Positions 1 through 12,659 of a stretch of DNA of 64,000 bases are shown here, one piece after another (the first letter of the stretch is position 1; every line of letters begins with the position of its first letter). The notes beneath the pieces are model-generated. The model was not told the origin of the DNA and did no database searches. It was given only the letters and a program-made list of their open reading frames with translations. The DNA is from the human T2T-CHM13v2.0 reference genome, Homo sapiens: NCBI RefSeq assembly GCF_009914755.1, contig NC_060931.1; one strand, written 5' to 3'. Both the position numbers and the translations under genes were made by a program.

Positions 1-421
1 TGCCTCACGGCCGGCCGACCTGGGGAGGGGCCACCCAGGTGCTGCAGCACAGAGTGGACCCCCATCTGGGTCCTCCTCCCCCATCTCCCCTGCAGAGAAA
101 AAGCCTCAAGCCACACAGGGGAAAGCTGCAACCCCCTTACCCTAGAACCCTAGCCAAGATCCCCTGCATCAGGAGGGCAGGGGACAGGGAAAAACCCTCT
201 TCCCTTGAGGGAGGGGTAGGAACGCATCCTGGGCTCTGACCATTAGCGATCTCCTGCCACCAGGAGCAGGGTAGGGTCACTGAGAAGACCCCATTCCCAA
301 GAACTAGGGACACAGTCTTGTTTAAGACGTAGGCTGAATTAGAACAAGAGAAAATGCACCCCTCTGCCTCCTGCCAGCCTGAGTGTTGAGTAACAAGCAA
401 AGCTGACAGGGAAAGGGTATG

Positions 422-845
422 TGTATTAGGGTTCTATAGAGGGACAGAACTAATGGAATAAATATATAGATATAAAGGGGAGCTTATTAAGTATTAACTC
501 CCATGATCACAAGGTCCCACAATAGGCCGTCTGCAGGCTGAGGAGCAAGGAGAGCCAGTCCAAGTTCCAAACTGAAGAACTTGGAGTCTGATGTTCAAGC
601 ACGGCAGAAAGATGTAGGCTGGGAGGCGAGGCCAGTCTCTCTTTTCACATGTTTCTGCCTGCTTATATTCTAGCTATGCTGGCAGCTGATTAGATTGCGC
701 CCACCCAGATTAAGGGTGGTCTGTCTTTCCCAGCCCACTGACTCAAATGCTAATCTCCTTTGGCAACACTCTCACAGACACACTCAGGATCAATACTTTG
801 TATCCTTCAATCCAATCCAGTTGACACTCAATATTAACCATCACA
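422..845 (-). mobile_element. MLT2A1/MLT2A2 solo LTR (ERVL)
   Basis: tgtattagggttct...aatattaaccatcaca matches the reverse of the recalled MLT2A consensus; 5-bp TSD gtatg (417-421) / gcatg (846-850). Confidence 0.88.
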
Positions 846-1432
846 GCATGGAAAGACCCTCTTTGCCGTGTGAGCACAAAAAGAAGACTCAAGGCTGAGA
901 ATAGAGCTGACGTCTTGTGACCCAGCCCCAGCCCTAAACACAAGGTGGCACTAAAGGGGTTGGAAGTCTGTGGTGTACCGGGGTATCCACAGTCACAACA
1001 AAACTGCAATCCACGCAGAGTCCTAACTAGTTCAGCTAACTCCCTGCCCACACACTAAAGGCCTAGCAAAAGGCCCATTTCTGGGCATAAAACCTATTTA
1101 CCTTGTTGTCTACTGTCTACACGAGCTATCTAGCTTTCAACAGAAAATTATGAGGCATAAAGAAGCAAGAAAAAACCACACACTAAGAAACAAGGCAATC
1201 AGTAGAACCAAACTGGGGCATGAAACAGATGTTAGAACTATAGATAAGACATTTTAGAAGCTATGCTACAGGCTCTAGTGGGAAATGTGATCAATGTGCA
1301 TGATTGGGTAGGTAAACTCTGAGAAAAAAGTCAAATGGAAATGCTCCAAGAGCTTACCAGCCGGCTTGATACAGCTGGAGAAAGAAAGAATGAGTGAAAT
1401 TAAACACAGGTCAATAGAAATAACACAAATCA

Positions 1433-2087
<655 letters not shown>

Positions 2088-2419
2088 AGGATAGAACATT
2101 CAAGAGCTGTGGGACAATATGAAATGACATGAAATAGGTGTAACTGGAATCTCAAAAGAAGAGAGAGAGAATGGGGAAGAAAAAATTTTTGAACAGATAA
2201 TGGCTGAGAATTTCCAAAGCTAATGGTGGGCATCAAACCACAGATCCAAGAAGCTCTAAGAAAGTCAAGAAGGATAAATATAAAAAAAACCCAAAGCTAA
2301 ACATAGCCTATTCAAAGTGTGAAAACCAAAGACAAAGAGAAAGGCAGCTAGAGAAATAAAGACACATTGCATACAGAGGAACCATAAAAATTACAGCAGA
2401 TCACTCATCAGAAACTGCG

Positions 2420-2490
2420 TGTTATGGACTGCCCTGTGTCCCTCCCAAACCCATACGCTGAATCTGTAACCCCCAACGTGACTGCATTTG
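2420..2490 (+). mobile_element. MLT1 (MaLR) LTR 5' fragment
   Basis: tgttatggactg...tgtgtccctcccaaa...aacccccaacgtgactgcatttg. Confidence 0.6.
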
Positions 2491-3093
2491 TGTCTATAAT
2501 AATAATTGAAAAGTGCTAGACATGGTATAAATAAAGGCACATATAAAATTCATTTTTCTTCTTTTAATTGCTCTGAAAAACAACTGATTGTCTAAAGCAA
2601 GTATAATAGCAATTTGTTGTGCATTTATAGCATATGTGCCAGCTGCACGAAGGACAGAAGGGAGAAATTAGGGGTGTGCTGTTTTAAGGTCCTCACATGA
2701 CACAGGATGTGGCATAATATTTCAAGGTAGGATCTAATTCATTAAAGAGATGTACACCTTAGGACAACCATACAAAATAAAAAGATATAAATAGGCCAAT
2801 AGTGAAGATGAAATGTGATCATAAAAATATTAAATTAATCTAAAGGCAGAAAATGGGGAAAATAAAACAACACATAGGAACAAATGGAATACAGCTAAGA
2901 TGGTAGATATTAATCCAACCATATTAATAATTACATTAAGTATAAATGGTCTAAACAGATTATGAGATGATGGATTGTCAGACTGAATAATAAAGTAAGA
3001 CCCAAATGTATGATGTCTACAAGAAACCCACTCTAAACATAAAGATGTAGACAAGTTAAAGGATAGAAGAAATAGTCCAAGAAAACATGACTT

Positions 3094-3470
3094 ACATATA
3101 CACCATGGAATACTATGCAGCCATAAAAAAGGTTGAGTCCATGTCTTTTGTAGGAACATGGATAAAGCTGGAAACCACCATTCTCAGCAAACTAACACAG
3201 GAACAGAAAACCAAACACTGCATGTTCTCACTCGTAAGTGGGAGCTGAACGATGAGAACACATGGACACAGGGAGGGGAACATCACACCCTGGGGCCTGT
3301 TGGAGGGTAGGGGGCTAAGGGAAGGATAGCATTAGGAGAAATACCTAATGTAGATGACGGGTTGATGGGTGCAGCAAACCACCATGGCACGTGTATGCCT
3401 ATGTAACAAACCTGCACAATCTGCACACGTACCCCAGAACTTAAAGTATAATAATAATAATAACAATTAA
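3094..3470 (+). mobile_element. L1PA (about L1PA7/8) 3' end, 5'-truncated
   Basis: ORF2 C-terminal and 3'UTR text, (TAA)n tail, TSD-like aaaacatgact / aaaacataact. Confidence 0.92.
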
Positions 3471-5089
3471 AAAACATAACTCAAAGAAAGCTGAAATAGT
3501 TATATTAATTTAGATACAGTGGACTTCACAACAAGAGCTATTACCAAGGGTAATGGGGATGGCATATGATAGAGGGATCGATTCTTTGTAAGACATAACA
3601 ACCCTAAATGTACATGTAATGGACAACACGTGTGTTGCCAAAACTTTAAGGATAAAAGGAAGTATCAACAGATGTGCAATAACAGTAGGAGGGGCCACAT
3701 TGCCATGTACCTTCTTCCATGTCAGGCTTTACACCCTTCTGGGGGGATTTGTGTATAAGATGGTCCTAAAATTATAGTTGCTGGAATCCTTTTTTGTTTT
3801 CTTTCTCATAAAACACTTTAAGGTACTAAAGTTCCCCAAAACTTGCCTGAGACAAGTGATTTAGAGTCTTTTTAAGCAAACTTGACTTGGGTGACTTTAT
3901 GGCAGTGGCAGTTAGCCACAGTCAGTAAAGGCATCAGCACTGTGCCATTTAAGTGCTATTGATCGCACTGGGGAGTATTGGACGATAAGAAGCAGGAAGA
4001 CGTAGTTTTTGTCAATGGGATCATTTAAAAAACATGGGGGAGCATCAGTATTAAAAATGCTCCTATTAAAATTAAAATTTCTTTTTACCAGTAAAATAAT
4101 CATTATTTTTACTATCACATTGGGGATTAAGTAAAAGAAAGCCATTATTTTGGGGGCAAGTTACTTATTTATAGTATTTAAACCTGGTTTCTTACAGAGG
4201 TGTACAATGATGCCCAATCTGCGTCCATTAATCTCACCAATTCCACCCTTGTGGAGATGACAGTGAAGATGGTATTATCACCCTAAGCAACCTTGCTTCT
4301 GAAAAGATGTCTCATTTTTTATCATTGCTTTGAACTGAGGTCAGTAGGGGCAAGTGCTGTCATCTCTGTCTTCCAGGTCCAAAAGCTAAAACCCAGTGAG
4401 GGCGAGCAGAAAACAGGGTTTGAATCCATGTTTCCTGCCATCCAGTTGAGAAAGTTTTCCGACTAAGCTGATGAGGTCTGGGAATTCTTGATTCTGCTGG
4501 AGTCTGGAGCAACCCATGCAGTCAGATGGCCAGGAGTCAGAGCCTAGACTTGCTCTTTCTCTTGTATCTCTTCTCTTTTGCTCCATTGATTTAGGTAAAT
4601 TAATGAACCACAAGGACTGCTGAGAAAAAGTTAGGTATTTCCAGGGTTAAATTTTAACAATAGAGAATGAAGTTTGGGACTAAACTTAACATGCTTTTAT
4701 CTTCAAAATGACCCCTGACAGCACCCTCAAAGACAAAACATGGGGCTGTGCCAAGATGTGCCAAGGCTGGGAGGGGGTGCTAATGATCTCATAAGCAGCT
4801 GACCACAGTAGTTTGAATGCTAGGCCATATTTCTAAATATTTCCAAAACCAGAATGGACAGCATCCTGGCAGTATGTGCTGTATTCTCAGGGGCCTGTGA
4901 ATTTTATAAAGCAAATGTGTTTGTGGTTTCATTTTAATTGCAATCTTAAAAGACATGAGCATGTTCCGGGTCCCTGGGTTACGCCTTATAACTATGTACT
5001 GCTGTGCAACTTTGGTACCTAAATTTGCCTAAATTTGAGTTTATGCTAATATTGAGGCCAAGTAATGTGCTAAATTGATAAGATTTAAC

Positions 5090-5223
5090 TTTAAAATATT
5101 TATTTTGAAGTATAACTTACATATAGCAAAGGGTACAAATCTTAAATGAAAAGGAGATATATATATATACATGTACATATATATGTGTATATATATGTGT
5201 GTGTGTGTATACATATATATAGA

Positions 5224-5270
<47 letters not shown>

Positions 5271-6450
5271 CGGCATAGCCACCACTTTGAGATCAAGATA
5301 GAGTAATGCTTACAGCACCCAGAAGCCTCCTTTGTGGCTCTTTCCTAAGTCAGCACTATTTCTTCTTTTCTTCCTGCACAGTTCCCCACCATAGATAAAG
5401 AGCTTTCTGACTTTCCTCACCTTTGATAAGTTTTACCTCTATGTATCATTATATGTACAATTGTTTTGTGTTTTCATCTTTTGCTCATGATTATGTCTAT
5501 GAGATTCAACCATGCTGTGCATGGAGTAGACCAGTTTGTTATCGCTATGCACTGTACCAGTGTATAATTATGTCACAATAATTCAAATCCATTCTACTCT
5601 TCATAGGCAATTGATTTGTTTCCAGTTTTATGCAAATGATAAATAAAGCTGTAATATATTCATGGCTATAACTTTTGGCAGTCGTATGCACTCAGTTCTG
5701 TTGGGCATATATCTAAAAGTGGTATTGATGGGTGATAGAGTAATGGCATGTTTAGCATCAGTAGATACTGCAGTTGCTCCAAATCCTCACCAACACTTGG
5801 TACTGTCAGTCTTTAATTTTAGTCATTCTGGTGGGTGTGTGATAACTCAGTGTAGCTTTAATTTGCATTTATCTGATGAGTAATGATACTGACAACTTGT
5901 CATATGCTTTTGGCCTTTTGGACATCCTTTTTGGTAAATTGCCTGTTTAAGTCTATTACCTACTTTAAAAAAGTGGGTCATTTGATTTTTTCTTAATGAT
6001 TTGTAGAAGTTTTACATATTGTGTACACAGGTCCTTTGTCAAATATATGTATCTCTTAGTCTATGTCTTGCCTTTTCAGTTTCTTAGTGGTATCTTTTGG
6101 TGAATAAAAGTTTCTTTTTAGTTGCTGAGAATGGGGCAGAAAAAATAAGTTCTTAATTGTGATGCAGTTGAATTTGTCAATATTGTCTTTTATGTTTAGA
6201 GGTTTTTGTGTTCTGTGTAAGAAATTTTCCCTCCCCCATGGGAGTATTCTGCTGTGTTTCTCCTAAAAGGTTTAGCGTTTTACTTTTCACAGTTACGTCT
6301 ATGATCCAATTTGAATCAAGTTTTATATGCTGTACAAATTGGAAGATGAGGCTTATCACGTCCCACACAGGTGTCCAGTTAACTGGGCTGGTCTTCCAGG
6401 GGCACTTGTGCTGGAAATTAACTTGTGATAAGTTAGTATACCTGTAGGTC
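5090..6450 (-). mobile_element. Old L1M (L1ME/MC-like) 3' portion
   Basis: T-rich antisense L1 text (cctcaccaacacttgg, ttaatttgcatt, atgatccaatttgaat). Confidence 0.7.
5157..5270. repeat. (TA)n/(TG)n compound microsatellite
   Basis: Direct reading; ends in a long pure TG run. Confidence 0.95.
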
Positions 6451-6959
6451 TAGGACTCTTTTTCCCCCACCTTAGGAAGAAACGTTTAATAGGGACTTAC
6501 TAACAGAAGCCACGTCTGTGTCTCGGGCAGTGGTGAGACAAGATGGTGGATACCCATACCATATTTCCTTTTGAGCTATAAATAGCTATAAATAGCTCAA
6601 AAGGAAAAAGATTTTCCTGACTCATCTTCAATCACAGTAGCGGCTTTCTAAACAAGATGTTGTCCATTTACCTTGGAGCTGCCCTCCACCAACCACACAG
6701 CTCTTTGTCAGTCACGTGAGAGGCATTTATCAGGCACTGTAAATTCCAGCAGCTCCTCACACAGTTCCTAGGGGAAAAAGGCCTCCTGCTTGTGAATATC
6801 TCCTCTGTGCCCTCCCCAGGTATCAAGATCCTATGTAAACCATGTCCGTCTTATCATGGAACCCTTTTGGGCATTGCTGTTCCTCTTAGGATAAGGGTAG
6901 CTTCAGTTAACATCTCATAGCAAGGCAGTAAGTGCCCCTCAAGTGGAAATTCTCTAGTC

Positions 6960-7489
6960 CAGTGGTCCCCAACCTTTTTGGCATCAAGGACCATTTTGTG
7001 GAAGACAAATTTTCCATGGACGACTGGGGTCGGGGGGATGTTTTTGGGATGATTCAAGCACATTACATTTATTGTGCACTTTATTTCTATTATGATTACA
7101 TTGTAATGTATAATGAAATAACTATACATCTCACCATAATGTAGAATCTGTGGGAGCCCGGAGCTTCTTTTCCTGCAGCTGGATGGTCCCATCTTGGGGT
7201 GATAGGAGACAGTGACTGATCATCAGGCATTAGAGTCTCATAAGGAGCATGCAACCTAGATCCCTTGCATGTGTGGTTCACGATAGGGTTCTTGCTCTTA
7301 TGAGAATCTAATGCTGCTGCTGATCTGACAGGAGGTGGAGCTCAGGTAGTAATACGAGCGATGGGGGGCGGCTGTAAATATAGATGAAGCTTTGCTTGCT
7401 CACCTGCCACTCATCTCCTGCTGTGAGGCCCAGTTCCAAACAGGCCACAGAGTGGTACTGGCTAACGGTCTGGGGGTTGGGGACCCTTG
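6960..7489 (+). mobile_element. MER1A (hAT-Charlie non-autonomous DNA transposon), full length
   Basis: TIRs cagtggtccccaacc / ggttggggacccttg; exact 8-bp TSD ctctagtc at 6952-6959 and 7490-7497. Confidence 0.95.
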
Positions 7490-7712
7490 CTCTAGTCCAA
7501 AGTACCAGTAGTCAAAGTTGGGAGGCGCTAATAGGCTTTTGTTGTAAGCCCCAGTAAATGTTCCACAAAGGGCCACCAGGTGCAGAATTTGTCCTGACCA
7601 GCACTTCAGCTTCTCCACTCTCTGTGGGCTTGGACAATCTTACTGGTTCCCATTTAGTCCAATTAATATTAATTAATATTTTTCACAGGGCAGCTTTACA
7701 TACCTTCTGGGT

Positions 7713-8007
7713 TGTTTTTTTTTTTTGAGATGGAATCTCACTCTGTTGCCCAGGCTGGAGTGCAGTGATACAATCTTGGCTCACTGCAACCTCTGCCCTC
7801 TGAGTTCAAGCAATTCTTCTGCCTCAGCCTCCCAAGTAGCTGGGATTACAGGTGCCTGCCACCGCGCTCGGCTAATTTTTTGTATTTTTAGTAGAGATTG
7901 GGTTTCACTATGTTGGCCAGGCTGGTCTAGAACTCCTGACCTCATGATCTGCCCACCTCAGCCTCCCAAAGTGCTGGGATTACAGGCGTGAGCCACCGCG
8001 TCTGGCC
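7713..8007 (-). mobile_element. AluS
   Basis: Antisense full dimer; ataccttctg on both flanks. Confidence 0.95.
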
Positions 8008-8902
8008 CATACCTTCTGTTTTATAGTACCAGGTAGAGGAAACATTCCCCAGTTGGATACTATATCCATTTTTAGAGACTGTTTAACTAAAGAAGACAAA
8101 ACTACTCTCCATAAAGCCTGTGTAAACATTTTCACTTTCATAATCCTATCAACCCTTACATTTTTATGTTCCAGTCCTAGGAACTTCTTTTATCTACCCC
8201 CAGACCATTTTACCTTCTGTTGTGAAAAAGGGTTTGGGTCCCCAGCAACTCTTAAAACTCTGCTAAGATGTAGGCATGGTTTTTATCATCCCTTCCTGCT
8301 CAGGGGTCATGTGGTTGAGCCAAGAGACTTGGGGACCCTTTTGTCAATCTTAGCTTGACATCAACATTGCCCCAGACAGTTGTTGGTCAGCTTTCTCATT
8401 GCAATCTTTGCCCTCTAATTAAAAAGAGAAATCTCTAATCTGGGGGTAAATACAGAAAACTTGTTTGGGGCCCCTTAGTGTTGGGAGACCAGCAGGGGCT
8501 CCCTTTGGTTCACCCAGTCTTCTGTATTGTTGTATTAAGACCTTTTGTTTAACCTCATCGGTTTCCATTTTATTCATTGCATTTCTTAATAACTGTATAC
8601 ATATTTCTACCCTGTTGGGGTAGGTCCATGACTCTTCCCTCTCATTAATTAACCTAATATTTTTATTAGCATTTGTAAGATAAGGCTTCTCCAATTGTTA
8701 GATTCTGCCAGAATAACATGAGGTGCCCATATAGAAGGGGCCCTATTCACCATAGCACTTACCATGACCTGGGTAACAGGCATATTCCCTGGGTGAAAGT
8801 CCCTGTCATCATAAAGCAAATCCCCCACGGCTTGCATACAAAACATATCAACTGCATCATCTAGGGTGCTTCACTTGGCATTTATAGGGAGGGTTGCATT
8901 AC

Positions 8903-9575
8903 ATACAGTAGGTAGTCAGGCAGGCATGAGCAGGGCAGGAATGTCAGGTGACCATCAGGTGATAGGCAATTGCTAAGCTGGCTCTTTAAAATAATAATTG
9001 GTTAGAGCTGGTGCCAGAGAAAGGCAATCTCCTAATAGATAGAAAAAACCTGAAGCTGGTGCTAGCGGCTTCCCAGTAAGATCTCAGGAGCTGGGTGAGT
9101 GGGCTCAAGCATATGCATTAAAAGGCAAAGAGGCAGGGTTTAACCAGTATATGACCTTCCTCTAGGAATGCTCAGCTAGTAAGGGAAGAAGGCCTCGAAT
9201 GAGCATCTGCACAACTTCAGTAAACACACTGTGCATGTGGCCCCTCCCAAGTGCTGGCAGGCCAGTACACATGCAGACAGCCTGCCCCCAGGAAAAATCA
9301 AGGGAGAAGTAATGCAATCCTGGAAGCATGCCAGCATATGAAACCTCAAGTCAAAGGTCAAACAGAGCACTTAACTCTCTCAAGTTGCTTGCTTGGCTGT
9401 CTTCCAAGTATTCTTCCTTTCATTCCTGCTCTAAAACTTTTTAATAAATGTGCACTCCTCCACTAAAACTTGCCTTGGTTTCTCACTCTGCCTTATGGCC
9501 CTCAGTCAAATTCTTTCTTCTGAGGAGGCAAGAATTGAGTTGCTGAAGACCCATATGGATTCACCACTGCCAATA
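8903..9575 (+). mobile_element. MER50 LTR (ERV1)
   Basis: agtaggtagtcaggcaggcatgagcagggcagg...aagtcaaaggtcaaac...gaggaggcaagaattgag matches the recalled MER50 consensus. Confidence 0.85.
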
Positions 9576-10128
9576 ATAGTTTAACTTGAAAGCAAGGATG
9601 CTAATAGTCCCCCACCCAAACTAATCCCCTCCTGGCTTAGGGACCGAAAATCACCTTCATGAGACTAATAAAAGGCCACAAGAATAGGATTATGGAAGGG
9701 GCCTGAGTTCTGATAAATGTTGGTATAGTTTCTATAACCCCTTGCTGCTCAGAAGTCATGTGGCCAGATGTCACAAGATTTGTGGCTTACCCAGTTGCTC
9801 CTATAGATAACATTACTACTGCAGAACCTAAGATTGCTTTTTGAGATATTTTTCAGATGGGCCCCATCCAGATTCATGATTCATGACTCAGCTTGTCCTG
9901 TGGCCCCACCCAAAAGTGGACTCAGTGCACGAGGACCATTTTCCACACCCCTGTGATTTCATGTCCAGTCAATCAGCAACTCTATTCCCTAGCCCCTTGC
10001 CCACCAATTGTCCATAAAAATCCTAACTTCCGAGGCTTCAGAGAAACTGATTTGAGTGGTAACTCCAGTTCTCTTGTGTGGGTTGGCCTTCTGTCAGTTA
10101 AACTTTACTGCAATACTGTGGTCTCAGG
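9576..10128 (+). mobile_element. LTR8-family LTR (LTR8A/B), truncated at both ends
   Basis: aagcaaggatg...gtcacaagatttgtg...ggccccaccc...gaggaccattttccacacccct; homologous to 19162-19911. Confidence 0.8.
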
Positions 10129-10787
10129 ATTACTTAGTTTAACATGACTTTAAGACTTCAAATTACTCAAGAGAATTTTGAAACTAGTTTATTTACCAAA
10201 GATTACCAAAGTCACATGAACTAAAAGATATTTGAGCTAGCTTCTATTTTTTAAAATAAAAATTTGATTTAAGCACTTGATTTTTCCTTAAGCCAATTGA
10301 TTAGAGCCCTTTCATATGTTTTGGTAGTGAAATGTCACATACTCATGACACATATAAGCATATAGACAGATGCTATATACATCTGTCTATATGTATGTAT
10401 ATAACAGATGTATATGTATGTATATAAGCATATAACAGATGCACAGAAGCAGATCTTATGAATTTATAAGACTTTTCACTCACCAGTTTTCAAAAAGTTT
10501 ATTCCCTATCTTAGAGTATTAATCTCTTGCATATCTGTTCCATGCATCTCCAAAGGCAGGACTCAGGAGAAACAAGATAGAAAGTTTACCTCTCAAAGAC
10601 ACAGGACTCGGATCTAAACAAAAGCAAGGTTTCTTATGTAAACTCTAAGCCATTGTCTTCCCATAGTGAACATTCCTAGTGGCTTAAGTGCAGTGACAGA
10701 GATGCCCTTACAAATGGAGATTTCCTTTAAAGATGTAAATTTCTTCTACAAAGAGTTTCAAAGACTGATTTAGTTTGATAAGTGGTC

Positions 10788-11002
10788 TTTTTTTCCCCTC
10801 TAAAATACTTAGCTTTATTAGAGAAATGGTACTAAAATAACAGATTCCAACAACATTTGCTGTATTTCTACTTATATATCATAAATAAGACAGCTGTTGA
10901 TGCAAGACACCCTCTTTCACAATCTTTCCATACGCACCCAAGATTCTTGTATCAGAATAAGCTATTTACCAGCCAACCATATGTGGTTGAATGATTAAAA
11001 TG
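10788..11002 (-). pseudogene. 5'-truncated processed retrocopy of an unidentified mRNA 3' end
   Basis: 15-bp TSD gataagt(g/t)gtctttt at 10777-10791 and 11003-11017; minus-strand AATAAA at 10814-10819, 19 nt before a short A tail. Confidence 0.75.
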
Positions 11003-11482
11003 GATAAGTTGTCTTTTCAACTTGGCTTGTCTCTTAATTAGATCATAGCTTTATAGTGAAGCCCTTTAAAGAACAAGGCCAAGAAGGCATGCAGTTTTTA
11101 GGGCCTGCACCCTGCTTTTCTTATCCAAATGTCCAAAGAACCAAGCAGCCTCCTGCAGCAATGACCATCTCCTGCAAACAACTGTCCTCAGCTACTCCCA
11201 GCACTGAAGCTCTCACTGCCATCACACTGCCAGACACCACACATGCGTTGAGGTCAAATCCACTCATGGTACCATCCAGTCTTTGGTATCCCCAAAGCCA
11301 AAGAGATCAGGAAAAGCAATATAAAAGGCAGTAGAGTCTTATCTGTCCACTTATGACTCTTGGAGTTCCATGAAGAAAAACCAATGATCCTTCTAGAAAG
11401 AGTCTGGTATCTGTTCCATTTTCCCCAAGGGATCCCAGGCTGTCAGAAATTTCCCTTTTTGGGTCCCTCATATGGCATTGAG

Positions 11483-11940
11483 TATGCAGTCCTAATTAGA
11501 GAAGAGGTGTCAGGCTGGTGGGAGCAGGGGAAAGCAAAAAGAAAAAGCAGATGAGCTGTAAGTCTGCCTTTCTTAATGGTCCAGGACACGTAGCCCTCCT
11601 GCACAGATAACTCACATGACCCATGATCTTCCCACCCAACTTATCATCAAACACCTCGACTTATCAAACAAACACCTCGCTGATAGAAGAATGCAAGCTA
11701 GCTCACTGCAACCTTAGGGTTATCAGAACTGCGTGTAGCCCTCTCCAGCACAAGCATCATCCTATAAAATCCCCAGCAATCCTCTGTCTCCTGGAACTCA
11801 GCTCCTCTCTTGCTGATCTGCCCACTGCTTTCTTGCAACTTTGCACTTTCTCTGATAATCTGCCTTTCTTTACCTACGACTATCTTGGTAAATTCCTTTA
11901 CTGCCTGTGCCGCTGGCCCAGATAGTTGCTACCTGTGACA
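11483..11940 (+). mobile_element. ERV1 solo LTR, MER84/MER83/LTR56-like
   Basis: Start resembles TGTGGAGTCCTAATTAG, TATA-like cctataaaa, ends gtgaca; TSD ttgag / ctgag. Confidence 0.7.
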
Positions 11941-12479
11941 CTGAGGGTGGCAAGAGGAAGGAGGGACAGGCAGAAGCAAATGAAGAAACAGGATCCAGTG
12001 GATGGAGAAATTTTACAGAGACAGAACAGAGGCCTTAAGGCTGTGTATGTATATGTATATATGTATACATATATCAACAAAACGTCAGTTTTAACTAAGT
12101 CAACTTTTTATTATAGAGCTCTAAAAAAACCTTTTTCTCAATTGTAATTCCTACTGGGGCCATTTTACGTTGCTTCTTCTGGCTGGGTTTCTGTCACCAA
12201 ACATTCAACCCACAGAAGTGGCCATCCACACACTGCCCTGCTTTACTGCAGTGAGATAGAAGCTCTCGGCTAACCATCATTCTAAATATACCAGTGTTTT
12301 CAGGGAGTCCTTATAGGTCATTCTCTAGACTATCTGTCCTGTTCCACTGGTCTCTTTATTTAACTTTCAGTGCAGATTTGATCAAGCCTTTTCTCTGGGG
12401 TCTGCAAGTGATCATATCTGAGACACCCTGCTGTATTTGCTGGTCCAAGGCTTCTGGAGTCTGGCTGAGCCTCAGGGTA

Positions 12480-12620
12480 ATCTGAGGAGCTTTTTCAAAA
12501 CACTCACGTCCCCTCTGTGAGGTTGTGGTTCAGTGGGTCTGTGCTGGGGTTAGGAGTCTCAGGTGTTCACAAGCTTCCCGGGTGATTCCAATGATTGGCT
12601 GTTTGGGAACCACTTCTGTG
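12480..12620. mobile_element. MER5-type hAT MITE
   Basis: tcagtgggtctg...caagcttcccgggtgattcc...tttgggaaccact. Confidence 0.6.
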
Positions 12621-12659
12621 GGCAGTGCTCTCTGGTCCAGCTGAGGGAGTTCTCATCGC

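Larger units (their letters stand above)
6470..8900 (-). mobile_element. Degenerate ERV internal sequence, family uncertain
   Basis: Retroviral-internal-like text; minus-strand ORF pieces 8419-8694 and 8649-8846 look like decayed gag-like coding. Confidence 0.55.
10129..12150 (-). mobile_element. ERV1 (MER4-group) internal sequence hosting a retrocopy and an LTR
   Basis: MER4-int-like text (taagccaattgattagagc, aatggagatttccttta, cccaaagccaaagagatcagg). Confidence 0.6.

Noticed and set aside
1-60. GC-rich start as a possible CpG-island edge
   Set aside because: Only three CpGs, and they do not continue; cannot be judged at the window edge.
5157-5270. Z-DNA-prone alternating tract
   Set aside because: Ordinary microsatellite within an old L1.
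7225-7315. Internal hairpin (cattagagtctcataag / cttatgagaatctaatg)
   Set aside because: Part of the MER1A consensus, not specific to this locus.
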